A stretch of 62,581 nt of DNA, the filler included, from Nemertoderma westbladi (Eukaryota > Animalia > Xenacoelomorpha), in assembly GCA_032718475.1 (NCBI GenBank). It is 3 parts of 3 records of this genome, joined end to end, with 100 filler letters (N's around TTAATTAATTAA, not from the genome) between each part and the next. Parts side by side here need not be neighbours in the genome. Positions count along the whole stretch, not along the records: positions 31,118 to 58,471 come from JAUCBJ010000878.1; 2 more parts are not named here. One strand, given 5' to 3'. The notes beneath the pieces are model-generated. The model saw only the letters and a program-made list of their open reading frames with translations. It made no database searches and was not told the origin of the DNA. The position numbers were made by a program, and so were the translations under genes. Each line of letters begins with the position of its first letter. Positions within the stretch are counted from its first letter, which is position 1. Shown piece by piece: positions 37,101 through 50,600 of the stretch.

Positions 37101-40100
37101 TGTTTTTATACAAAAATTACTCATTTGGACATAGACTTCGCGATAAAATTTTACGAAACTGGATATGTGTTATCTGGAGCACTAGTTGGAACTTTTAGTG
37201 AAACTCAAAACATTCCAGAAATATCTTGTTACCATGGTAACTGGAGTTTATTAAAGTCTATATCATTCAAGTCTAAATGCAATACTCTATTTGTAGAAAA
37301 ATAATGTAATAAATATAAATTTGGGGTTTTGCAACTCATCTGTAAGGTCCATATACAATCCATTCGAGGTTAGTTACACAATCCAATTACCATAGCAATA
37401 AGACAAAACAGATGTTAAAATTTATAAAATGATAATTTGAAACACAAGTTAATAGTAATATGACTTGGGACCAAGACCTACCCCCATTATCCACGAAGCT
37501 AAGGAAAATCAACTACTTTCGCTAAGAAAGATTTTCCTTAGCTGAGATGGTCTATTCATAGTGGGCTATTTTACTTGTATGGGGCAGATTAGTTTTTTTT
37601 TAAGTCCAGCAAAAACTAGCCTTTAAAAGTACCCTGAAATTTTGCATGTATATACTACTCGACGAGGCGCATCTTTTGGGCCGGATCCAGGAAAAATCTG
37701 GTTTCCATGGCAACGGACTTCAAAAAAAGTCTATGTATTTCAAGTCAATATTTATAACTCTATTTGTAGGAAAACTATAATAGATATAAACTTGGGGTTT
37801 CGCAACACAACTATAAGGTCCATAGCAGATCCGATTGAGGCTAAATAGAAAATCCAGTTACCTTGGCAACCGGGATAAACAGATGTTAAAATTTATAAAA
37901 TGTTAATTTGAAGCCTAAGGTTAATGTGTTATGACTTGGGACCAACCCCTACCCTCACTATATAACTTATTCTGCATCCGAATTACATTGTTCTATTTTT
38001 CAGTTACCATGACAACCGCTGAAAACAGATGTTTTTATTCAAAACTTATTCATTTGGACATAGACTTCACGATAAAATTTTACAAAACTAGCTATGTGTT
38101 ATCTGGACCACGAGTTGGAACTTTTAGTGAAACTTAAATTATTCCAGAAATTTAGTTACCATGGTAACTGTAGTTTATTAAACTCTATATCATTCAAATC
38201 TATATTGATAACTCTATTTGTAGCAAAACTGTAATATATATAAACTTGGGGTTTTGCAACTCATCTATAAGATCCATATCCAAGCCGTTTGAGGTTAATT
38301 AGAAAATACAGTTACCATAGCAACAAGTCTAAACAGATGTTAAAATTTATAAAATGATAATTTGAAGCACAAGTTAATAGTATTATGACTTGGGACTAAC
38401 CCCTACCCCCACAATATGACTTATTCTGCATCCGAATTACATTGTTCTATTTTTCAGTTTCCATGACAACCACTGCAAACAGATGCAATTTGATAGAAAA
38501 TCGGTAATCTGGACATAAACTACAATATTTTCTGAAACTCAGTATATGTGTTATCTGAACCACAATCTGTACTGAATTTTTTTTCAAAGGTTAAAGCAAC
38601 AGTTCCAGAGAACTCTAGTTTCCATGGGAATAGAAGTTAATTATTGACAATTGCTACTAAACGAGGCTAAGCAACGAACCAAAGTGTGGCCGTTTGTTTA
38701 ATTTTCCTTAGCTTCGTGGTTGCATTTCCTTTAGGAAATGCCTTTCTCGTGTTATCTGAACCACAATCTGTACTGAATTTTTTTTCAAAGGTTAAAGCAA
38801 CAGTTCCAGAGAACTCTAGTTTCCATGGGAATAGAAGTTAATTATTGACAATTGCTACTTAACGAGGCTAAGCAACGAACCAAAGTGTGGCCGTTTGTTT
38901 AATTTTCCTTAGCTTCGTGGTTGCATTTCCTTTAGGAAATGCCTTTCTCGTATGTCCACGAAGCTAAGGAAAATCAACTACTTTCGCTAAGAAAGATTTT
39001 CCTTAGCTGAGATGGTCTATTCATAGTGGGCTATTTTACTTGTGTGGGGCAGATTTGGTTTTTTTTGGTCGGGGAAAAAACTAGCCTTTAAAAGTACCCT
39101 GAAATTTTGCATGTATATACTACTCGACGAGGCGCATCTTTTGGGCCGGGTCTCATATCCAGGAAAAATCTGGTTTCCATGGCAACGGACTTCAAAAAAA
39201 GTCTATGTATTTCAAGTCAATATTTATAACTCTATTTGTAGGAAAACTATAATACATATAAACTTGGGATTTCTCAACTCAACTATAAGGTCCATAGCAG
39301 ATCCGATTGAGGCTAAATAGAAAATCCAGTTACCTTGGCAACCGGGATAAACAGATGTTAAAATTTATAAAATGTTAATTTGAGGCCTAAGGGCAAGGTG
39401 TTATGACTTGGGACCAACCCCTACCCCCACTATATAACTTATTCTGCATCCGAATTACATTGTTCTATTTTTCAGTTACCATGACAACCGCTGAAAACAG
39501 ATGTTTTTATTCAAAACTTATTCATTTGGACATAGACTTTACGATAAAATTTTACAAAACTGGGTATGTGTTATCTGGACCACTAGTTGGAACTTTTAGT
39601 GAAACTTAAATTATTCCAGAAATTTAGTTACCATGGTAACTGTAGTTTATTAAACTCTATATCATTCAAATCTATATTGATAACTCTATTTGTAGCAAAA
39701 CTGTAATATATATAAACTTGGGGTTTTGCAACTCATCTATAAGATCCATATCCAAGCCGTTTGAGGTTAATTAGAAAATACAGTTACCATAGCAACAAGT
39801 CTAAACAGATGTTAAAATTTATAAAATGATAATTTGAAGCACAAGTTAATAGTATTATGACTTGGGACCAACACCTACCCCCACTATATGACTTATTCTG
39901 CATCCGAATTACATTGTTCTATTTTTCAGTTTCCATGATAACCACTGCAAACAGATGCATTTTGATAGAAAATCGGTAATTTGGACATAAACTACAATAT
40001 TTTCTGAAACTCAGTATATGTGTTATCTGAACCACAATCTGTACTGAATTTTTTTTCAAAGGTTAAAGCAACAGTTCCAGAGAACTCTAGTTTCCATGGG

Positions 40101-41492
40101 AATAGAAGTTAATTATTGACAATTGCTACTAAACGAGGCTAAGCAACGAACCAAAGTGTGGCCGTTTGTTTAATTTTCCTTAGCTTCGTGGTTGCATTTC
40201 CTTTAGGAAATGCCTTTCTCGTATGTCCACGAAGCTAAGGAAAATCAACTACTTTCGCTAAGAAAGATTTTCCTTAGCTGAGATGGTCTATTCATAGTGG
40301 GCTATTTTACTTGTGTGGGGCAGATTTGGTTTTTTTTGGTCGGGGAAAAAACTAGCCTTTAAAAGTACCCTGAAATTTTGCATGTATATACTACTCGACG
40401 AGGCGCATCTTTTGGGCCGGGTCTCATATCCAGGAAAAATCTGGTTTCCATGGCAACGGACTTCAAAAAAAGTCTATGTATTTCAAGTCAATATTTATAA
40501 CTCTATTTGTAGGAAAACTATAATACATATAAACTTGGGATTTCTCAACTCAACTATAAGGTCCATAGCAGATCCGATTGAGGCTAAATAGAAAATCCAG
40601 TTACCTTGGCAACCGGGATAAACAGATGTTAAAATTTATAAAATGTTAATTTGAGGCCTAAGGGCAAGGTGTTATGACTTGGGACCAACCCCTACCCCCA
40701 CTATATAACTTATTCTGCATCCGAATTACATTGTTCTATTTTTCAGTTACCATGACAACCGCTGAAAACAGATGTTTTTATTCAAAACTTATTCATTTGG
40801 ACATAGACTTTACGATAAAATTTTACAAAACTGGGTATGTGTTATCTGGACCACTAGTTGGAACTTTTAGTGAAACTTAAATTATTCCAGAAATTTAGTT
40901 ACCATGGTAACTGTAGTTTATTAAACTCTATATCATTCAAATCTATATTGATAACTCTATTTGTAGCAAAACTGTAATATATATAAACTTGGGGTTTTGC
41001 AACTCATCTATAAGATCCATATCCAAGCCGTTTGAGGTTAATTAGAAAATACAGTTACCATAGCAACAAGTCTAAACAGATGTTAAAATTTATAAAATGA
41101 TAATTTGAAGCACAAGTTAATAGTATTATGACTTGGGACCAACACCTACCCCCACTATATGACTTATTCTGCATCCGAATTACATTGTTCTATTTTTCAG
41201 TTTCCATGACAACCACTGCAAACAGATGCATTTTGATAGAAAATCGGTAATTTGGACATAAACTACAATATTTTCTGAAACTCAGTATATGTGTTATCTG
41301 AACCACAATCTGTACTGAATTTTTTTTCAAAGGTTAAAGCAACAGTTCCAGAGAACTCTAGTTTCCATGGGAATAGAAGTTAATTATTGACAATTGCTAC
41401 TAAACGAGGCTAAGCAACGAACCAAAGTGTGGCCGTTTGTTTAATTTTCCTTAGCTTCGTGGTTGCATTTCCTTTAGGAAATGCCTTTCTCG
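31118..41492 (+). mobile_element. Cluster of about 1.27-kb non-autonomous Helitron/Helentron-like elements, tandem and nested
   Basis: Starts TCCACGAAGCTAAGGAAAAT at 31495, 32810, 33610, 35151, 36554, 37490, 38955, 40226; ends ATTTTCCTTAGCTTCGTGG + hairpin GCATTTCC-TTTA-GGAAATGC + CTTTCT(C/A)G at 31185, 32762, 34882, 36413, 38749, 38950, 40221, 41492; always followed by T; no TSD; internal repeat of about 450 bp. Confidence 0.8.
31276..31433 (-). CDS. Host gene exon (uncharacterised Trp/Cys-containing invertebrate domain)
   Basis: Acceptor TTCATTTAG| at 31434; encodes (R)RHFFINRNYGGCDGDRGWLLVVDKCGGICLWEQ..VVNW; probable donor G|GTTTGT at 31275; phase matches the exon at 56507-56685. Confidence 0.75.
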
Positions 41493-41496
41493 TTAT

Positions 41497-41654
41497 TGTA
41501 GCGTCCACTCGATGGCTTACCTATGTTCGGACACTTAACTCGTTTCCTTGAGTATTACGTATTCTAGAACATATAAAACACAACAATGTTTAACAATAAT
41601 AAAATAGCTCACTAGTAGGTTAGTTATTTATATGTGGCATTTACATCCCCCACA
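41497..41654 (+). repeat. Gypsy 5' LTR
   Basis: TGTAGCGTCC...CCCCCACA; contains AATAAA. Confidence 0.95.
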
Positions 41655-41655
41655 T

Positions 41656-41670
41656 TGGTGACCCGGACGT
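41656..41670 (+). promoter_or_regulatory. Primer binding site, tRNA-Trp-like
   Basis: TGGTGACCCGGACGT, one mismatch from the complement of the eukaryotic tRNA-Trp 3' end (TGGTGACCCCGACGT). Confidence 0.7.
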
Positions 41671-41719
41671 TAGATTAATTACCTAACTTAATAATATGAT
41701 ATTAATATGATATCACATT

Positions 41720-44266
41720 AATGAGGCGGCAGCCGGTGCATTCGACTATGGACCTTTGGCACATGAGCTCCATGCCCTTCAACTCGGAAATCCACTGGTC
41801 AATGCTGCTCCTGCCATATCAACAGTCGCTGTGAAACTCCCTTCTTTCTGGACCGCGCAACCCGAGGTTTGGTTCAAGCAAGTGGAAGCTCAGTTAGATT
41901 TAAAAGGAATTACGGCAGACCTGTAATCCAGGCCCTTGATAACACCGTAGCAACTGAAATTGGTGCGTTCATCTTGAACGCACCGAAGCTAACAGATATG
42001 AAGCTCTGAAAACTATACTCCTCAAAACTTATGGGCTTACAGAACAACAAAAGGGAGCCAAGTTACTAGCAATCAATGGCCTGGGTGATCGCCACCCATC
42101 TTCTCTACTACGATACATGGCTACGTTAGTTCCTGCTGACACCTACAGGGGGTATACATTCCGTAGTCTAGTCCGCATAGCCCTGGCCAGAGACCCTCCT
42201 ACGGACATTGAAGATCTTGCATTTGCCGCTGACTCTATCATAGAGGCCCAAGGTCCAACTCATTATCATGGTATAGCTGCAGTGGAAGTTGATGCCATAG
42301 GTAGACAACAGAAACGCACCCAACAGCGTCAGAGCAAAAGGAATGCACCTCCCACTCAACTACCTCGTGTAAACCGCCGATCCACCACTCGCTGTGCCAA
42401 TCACCAGCGTTATGGCACGCATACCTGGGCTTGCTGCACTATGCTCCCTGGTTCCACTTGCGACATGGCACACATCACAGTACCCAGACCTTCGGGAAAC
42501 GCCACTGCCGACGCCCAGTAGCCGTCCAGGCCGTCGGCAACAAACCCAAACAGAAAGATGGCATGAAAACAATGACAGTCTGGGACCGCAAGACCGGACG
42601 TCAGTTTCTTGTCGACTGCGGTGCCGATGAGTCCGTCATCCCAGCATCAAGACTCGATCATTCACGTACTCAAACTACACCTCTCATTGCTGCTAATGGC
42701 TCACACATCTCAGCATGGGGTACGACAACAATTGCCCTCGAACTGGGCAACCAAACCTTCGTCTAACATTTCAACATTGCAACAACCACCAACCAATCCT
42801 TGGTGCAGATTTCTTCATAGCTAATAATCTGGCCATCGATATGGCCAATCAGCGTTTAATTGACCTAGAGACATACGCTACAATACTGGCAGGATCAACA
42901 TCAGTGATAGGAAATATCAATGGGCTCCATAAACCCAGAGAGGATAATGTCAACCTCGCTTCCATCCTCGATGAGTTCCCTGAACTCCTAATCCCACGTT
43001 TCAATGCCTCTGCTCCAAACTTAAATGGTGTTGAACACCACCTCCCCACTAATGGCCCACCCATTTTCGCCCACGCGAGACGTCTTCATGCCGACCAGCT
43101 GGAGGTAGCCCAAGCTGAATTTAAGAAAATGGAAGACTTGGGAATCATCCGTCACAGCAATTCTGCTTGGGCCACACCACTACATGTTGTACCCAAACCT
43201 GATGGTGGTTGGCACCCATGTGGCGATTACCGACGCCTCAATGCAGCCACAAAAGATGACAAATACCTGATACCACATATCGGTGACTTCAACACCAATC
43301 TGAATGAGAAAACTATATTCTCAAAGATTGACTAGGCGAAAGGCTACCATCAAATCCCTATGACTGAAGCCGATATTTGTAAGACAGCCATTATCACCCC
43401 ATTTGGCTTGTGGGAATTTCCTCGAATGCCCTTTGGTCTGAAGAATGCGGCTCAATCGTTTCAACGGCTGATGGATACCATCCTTCGAGGGATTCCATGT
43501 ATATTCATATATGTGGATGACATCCTGGTAGCTAGTAGCAACTGCACTGAACATGCTTCTCACTTGAGAGAGGTTTTCTCGGCACTGTCCTGCAACGGCA
43601 TGGTCATCCAGCGCCCCAAATGTGTATTCGATATCAATGAGCTTACCTTCCTGGGCCATAAAGTCACTTCAACTGGCATCACCCCCCTACCTGAACGTGT
43701 TGAAGCTGTTACTAATTTCCCTGTACCCATTGACAAACATCAGCTGTAAAGATTCTTAGGCATGATCAATTATTACCACCGGTTTATGCCCAACCTCGCT
43801 GCCCGCCTCCACCCACTTCACAATGCAACTAAAGGGAAAGGCAGACCCATTATCTGGACCGAAGCATGTCAATCATCATTCGAGGAAGCTAAATCTGCCC
43901 TTGCCAATGCAGCTATGCTACACCATCCCAATCATAGCTTTAAGTATTCGGTATCCGTTGATGCCTCGGACATGGCAGTAGGTGGTTCACTAGATCAGCT
44001 CCCTAATAATGTTTGGCGCCCATTGGCCTTCTTTTCTAAGAAGCTAACCAACGCTGAGAATAAGTACTCTGCCTTCGACAGGGAACTGCTTGCTGCCTAC
44101 TTAGGAATCAAACATTTCCAGAACTATATCGAAGGACGGCAGTTTACATTGTTTACAGACCATAAGCCCTTAGTTGCTGCAATGACTGGCACCGCCAATC
44201 GCACCCCCCGCCAAACTCGCCACCTTTCCTTCATTGCCGAGTTCACTACAGATGTCCAATACATTA
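41720..44266 (+). pseudogene. Gypsy gag-protease-RT-RNase H pseudogene
   Basis: VKLPSFWTAQPEVWFKQVEAQ (gag), FLVDCGADES (protease), PCGDYRRLN, MPFGLKNA, YVDD (RT), VDASD, RELLA, TDHKPL (RNase H); several stops. Confidence 0.92.
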
Positions 44267-44687
44267 GTCTGGCAGTAGGGGATTAGTTGAGTTGACTTTG
44301 ACAGATATAAAGCTCAATTCTCGGTCTGTCTGTCAGCCTTTTCTGTCTTTAGGTAGGTACTGTCAGACGGTAAGCTACCGGTACTTGTCAGCTTGTTAAT
44401 CGGTGCGGTACCTTTTATTGTGTGTATCTGCAAGCAAACCCTCTGTCAGTCTTTCGGTACCAGTATATATTTATATTACGGTGCTTTGTTTGTCTACTAA
44501 GGTAGGCTAGGCTAGGTTTAGGCTTGAGACTAAGACTAACCAACTAGCTGCTAGCAGACTAGCCCTAAAGCTGTAAAGTACCAGTAACAAAACCTTTTTT
44601 TGTATAATTTTAATACTGTAACAAGTACTTATACCCTGATACCTGTCTGCCTGTTGCCTGTGGGCCTACTACTTATAGTCAATCATA

Positions 44688-47600
44688 ATGGCTACAGGAA
44701 CCGGTAGTAGTGATTTTACCAGTTCCACAAATCCTAATGAAGTAGATAAAAATAATTATGTAGCCTTTCCCTCACGGGAAGGGAATGATTCTATAGACAT
44801 AGAATCTCAAAGGCCTACTTCGCCATCCACTCCAGACAGTCCTAGTGATAGGCTCAACCTGGCTGGAGCTGGATCTATTCAGAATGTTGAAAATCATCCG
44901 TCTGCTCCCATAAATAGTGGAGCTTTTAGGGCCACCATTGGTGGACACAGGGCTCATTTCACCCGAAATTACAACTTGTTTTGGAAGGATTCCAACGAAA
45001 GAAATGTTACATTTTCATTGATTTTAGAAAGACACAAAAAAGCAGTGGCAATAATAGAAACAATTCACAGTTTATATATTAAGGTGATAGATGAAGTTGA
45101 GAGAATGGGCGATTTTCAACAATCCGAGAAATTTAAATCGGAATTTAAAATAGTATATAGCGATTTAAAAGGAAAGTTAAACAAAATAGAAATGGCTTTA
45201 GAACAATTTAAACAGGCCAATTTAGGCTTTAATTCCGATGACCTGCCATTAAATGAAGGCAGTTCGGAAGGAAAATCAATTTCTCATAAAGATTCCTTAA
45301 CCACAACATCCAGGGAAACAATCATACCAAAAGCGCAAAAGGCTATTGCTGAAAAAAGGCGCAAAGAGTTACAATACAAGCAACTTGAAAATGTATCAGG
45401 ACTTGAATTAAAACAGGCTGTCCTGGACCGTCAATTGAAGTTAGAACGGGCAAAAAACGAGGTGGAATCGGCAGATTTGGATAGTCAAATTGCAATAGAA
45501 GATGACACCTGGTTACAAGAACAGCGCGGCTCTAACAGAGGTTCAGGCAGTGAGGTAGGATCTTGGTTGCTAGGAAAAGATAATGTATTCCTGCAACAGC
45601 AACAACACTCACACACTGACACTGCCCTTGGACTAGGTGAAGGTGATATACCGGAAGCAAGACTTGAAAGGGGTATAAATGAAAATACTTCCACCTTTAT
45701 AGATAACGTTAGGCCTGATCCATTATGGGATGTCAATGTTTGTAGGCCAAGAAATGTCAATTTTAATTTACCTATATGTACCGGTATTAGTGACATTTTT
45801 GAGGAACCTGCACCAGAGTTAGGTTTAAATACTAATGATGTGCATAGGGTTAGGCAATCAAACTACGATAGGCCTATTTTAAGCCCTAATGCAGAAGAGT
45901 ATATCCCTCATTCGCAGATACGCCATACTAATACATATACTAGTACCAGTACTTCCAATTATACTGGAGATAATAATTACTTTCCTCATGTTCAGGTCTC
46001 TAGTGCTGTTAATTCCTTTAGACCAATACCATCTGTAACTCATTCTTTATATACAAATCATTATACTGATACCAGTAGGCCTATATATTCAGATATTAAT
46101 GTGAATTTGAATCATGGATCTGGATATAATGATCTACCTGTACCTAGGTCTTTATTAGATCACCTAAATGAACCATTACGCAGCAGTATAATGAGTGTTA
46201 AATGTTCTGAGGCACCTTTATACAGTCCTAGAAACTCAAATTCAATATTTAACGCATTACACAGTACTCCTCATTCAGATAAGGGAGTACTGCCAATAAA
46301 TTCAAGTAATAATTTAGAGCAGTCATTGCCTCCAAATGGTGAAAGAGCTACAACATCACAATATAATGTCTATAAGCAAACCTATAATTTGGGTTATGGT
46401 TATAATACAACACAGACTCAAATTAGTACTGATGCGGCTCGTCTCTGCAATAATCCTCTAGTGCAGGGTCAATATGGTATTAACAGAGGTCCTACCCATG
46501 CAGTATCTGAAAATAATGCTGGAGGCGTAGATAGATTGCTGCAGAATAACAGTATGTACTATCATGATTTGTATAGAAACAGTTCTGTTCACAGAATGGA
46601 TGGTTTAGTAAATCCGCCATTTATTCCTCAGACAGCAAGTCAAAGTGTGTCAGACGGATTTATTAATAGAACACCAAACCATTCTGGAACAGCTAGTAAT
46701 CAAAATTCTGAACTTATATCAGCCTTTCAAATGTGTAATGCATTAAATATTTCTGCTATTGAGCGACTAAATACAATGATGTCATTACCAAAAATGGAAC
46801 CACAAAAGTTTAATGGGGAAACCGGTTTATATATAAATTTTGTTTCTTCATTTATATCTTATATCGAATCAAAACGGCTATCAGAAATGGAGAAAATGAT
46901 GGCTTTAACAACGTATCTGGGACCCGAGCCTCTTGAATTAGTCAAATTTTTTGTGGGAATACCAGGAGGTTATGAAGCAGCATGGAATGTGCTTCATGAT
47001 CGTTACGGTCATCCCAATGTGATAATCCAACAAATAATAAATGAATTAACTGAAAAGGTTGATTTGCACTCTAATAACTACACAATTAAAAAAGAGAAAC
47101 TGCGAGCATATTCTGATAAAATAACCCAAAAGGTATTAGTACTACGTTACTTTAAGTCTGCTTCAGAAATTAACTCTTCGGAAAATTTAAAGAGAATTGC
47201 AGTAAATTTTGAAGCTTGGATGTATGATAAATGGAAACGCACAGCTCGATCAATTCGTCAGAGGTTTGGTAGAGAGCCAACATTATTCGAACTGACTGTG
47301 TTCATAAAAGAAGAGTCGGATATTATGAATGATGCTGTATTCAATGAGAGACCTGGAGGCAATCAACAACAACAGTCCTCCAGCCAACAATCCAGATTGA
47401 AATCAGGAAGTCAAACTCAACCTATATCTAAATCAGGCGAACATTCAACTAATCCAATGCATCCTCTTCGCATAACAACTATGAATACAGCAGTTGAAGA
47501 TGTGGCCCTTAATCATACTTCGAAAGTGACGCCATCTGTGATAAATATTGGTGTTCCTAATTCTACAACACATCAGAGAAATCAGCCACCTGGTGGACAA

Positions 47601-50600
47601 AATAAACCAAATAGCATGCAGAATGACAAGGTGAGAGACAAAGCAAATGTAACCTCTCAACCACATCCGAGCAATTCTAATATTACTAGTGCTAATCGTA
47701 ATAATACATGTGCTCCGGTTAGTAGTAAAACTGATTCGGGTTCAGCCAGAACAAACACGACTAAATTCACTTGTTCTTATTGCCAAGAGGGACATACATT
47801 ATATCATTGTCCTAGTTATAATACCTTGGATGTAAAAAAAACAATCAAATTGGCTATTAAATAAGCAGTTATGTCTAAATTGTACGAGCTCAGGTCATGA
47901 GACTGATCAATGTCCAATTAAAACTTATAAGTGCAGGATAAATGGGTGTGCAGAAGCACATAATAGAGTTTTACATTGGGCCATAGACCATCTCAAGACT
48001 TCTGGTTCGATCGGTTTGCATTTCTCTTCTGTCAGTAAAAAAAACGAATATGAATCACAAACAATTGAAAGTAACAAATGTAATTCTAATTCTACTGTCT
48101 GGCTTTCAGTCGTACCAGTTTGCATTTCTATAGATAATAAATGTGTAGAAACATATGCACTACTTGATACTGGTTCAACAACTACGTTGATTGATAGAAG
48201 TATTATTGACCAGTTGGATATTGCTGTAAATTTAGAAGTAGATATTAAAGCAAAGGGTGTATTTTCAACTACCTTTCAGAAGGTTGGCTCTATTAATTGT
48301 ATAATAACTCCGGTTTCAGATCAAAATGTTAGCGATCCTGCATTTAAAATTACTGCTAAGGATGTATTAGTTGTTAATAACTTCAAATATAAATTTACAA
48401 ATGATTTGAAGAAGGTTGATTTAAGATCAATACCTGAACTGCAACCATATGTGCCACAATTAAATAGACAACCGACTGATTACCCCTATGTATCAATGCT
48501 TATTGGACGAAATTTCCAGGAAGCTCTTTGTGAGACCCCAATTATTGTGGGAGGTCCTGAAGAACCCTCCTTGATTAGAACACCTTTTGGTCTTTGCCTA
48601 GTGGGAAAAATTCCTTTAATCTCTACTTTAACTGATAACTCTGGTCTACAAACGCAAGTATCTTTACATCATATCAAACATACTTTCTTAGATTACGACA
48701 CAGTATCTATGATTAAACAGTCTCTCGGTATAGAGACTGTAATAAATCCATTGGATAGTGAAGAGGTTGTTATGTCTAGAGATGACCACGAGGCTCTAAA
48801 AATCCTCCATGAAACAACTATCTTAAAAAATGGTCGCTATTGTGTATCAAAACTATGGAAAAAGCGACCACCAACTCTTATTAATAATTTACATTTGGCT
48901 AAGAGAAGACTCGAACAGTTGCTTAAACGTTTAAATAAGGATGAAGGTAAGTATCATATGTACCATAATCAAATAATGGAGTGGGTTCAGAAAGGTTATG
49001 CGATCAAGATGGATCCAAATGCATTGACATTTACAACAGGACAAACTTATTATTTAATCCATCATTTTGTAGTAAATGAAAAAAAGCCAGGATGCATCCG
49101 CATTGTAACCGATGCCACAGCTGATTTCAAAGGCATGTCTATGAATTCGCAACTGTATGCAGGTCCTTCTCTCATTAACTTATTAACGGGTGTATTGTTC
49201 AGGTTTCGTCGTGGCAGCATTGCATTTGCATGTGACATTGAAGCAATGTTTTTGCAGATAGAAGTCACAGAAGAAGACAAGGATAGCCTGAGACTACTAT
49301 GGAAATCTCCTGAATCACCTGAATTACTTGAAGTTTACAAGATGGTCAGACACCCTTTTGGCCCTAAGGATTCTCCATGCATTGCCAACTATGTGGTTAA
49401 ACAAACAGGCATAGATAACCAAGATAAATACGGTGAAGAGGTAGCAACTGTCATTGATGAATCATTTTACGTAGATGATGGATTACCTTCCGTGAATTCA
49501 ACCAGTGAAGCCATTATCCTGGCAGATAACTTGAAAGAAGTTTTAGCTGCAGGTGGGTTTACTCTAAAGAAGTTTATTTCTAATGATAAAGGTTTATTGC
49601 GTCATCTTAATGAGGATGAACTGAGTCCAATTTTAAACCTAGATTTAGATGAATTACCAGTTACTAGGGCGCTTGGCGTAATCTGGGATACCAATAGAGA
49701 TGTGTTTACCTATCAATATAATATCAAGCCTAGGCCACTAACTAAGGCCGGCTGCTTAAGTCAGTTAGCATCAATATACGACCCTCAGAATTATTTAACT
49801 CCTTATTTACTGAAGGGTAAGCTTTTATTACGAGAAATGTGGGTTGCAGGTTATGATTGGAATACTATATTTTCCAATGACCTAGAGGTCAAGTGGAAAC
49901 ATTGGTTAATGCAAGTGTCCGAATTAACTAGAATAGCAGTTCCACGAGTCCTGAGACAAGATTTATCTCCCACTTGTACCTATCAGCTACACCTTTTCTG
50001 TGATGCTTCTGAGATAGCCTATGGCACAGTAGCATATGTCCGCAGCGCTGATTCTGAAGATATAAGAACTACCATTCTATTCAGCAAAGGTAAGATAATT
50101 GGTATATCTGAGAATTCATCCAGAATGCCGAGACTGGAACTCAATGCTGCAGACTTACTGGTTGATATGCTACTACTTATACGAAAGGAACTACGATTGG
50201 ATATTATATCTGAAACACACTGTTGGACTGATTCTAAAGTAGTCCTTGGATATATTACAAATACCAGTCGAACCTTCAAACGTTATATTACAAATCGTGT
50301 GACACGAATTATAGCTAGTACTGAAACTTCTATGTGGCATCATATAAAGGGAAAATTAAATCCGGCTGATGATATCAGCAGAGGGTTGAGTGCTGAGGCC
50401 TTGATCAATGCGAAACGATGGTGGGAAGGGCCAGAGTTTCTCAAGCTGCCTCAGACAAACTGGCCATTACATTCAATTCCTGAAATATATGAAATTTCAG
50501 ATGATGATCCAGAAATTAAGATTAAGGTATCAACATTAGAGTTGAATAGCCCCAATGGGGGGGCTATTGCTACTGAATCTTGTGACGACGATTACTACAC

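Noticed and set aside
31943-40880. Recurrent short ORFs (MTWDQPLPP.., MYILLDEAH..)
   Set aside because: Chance ORFs within the repeat units; stops and starts vary between copies.
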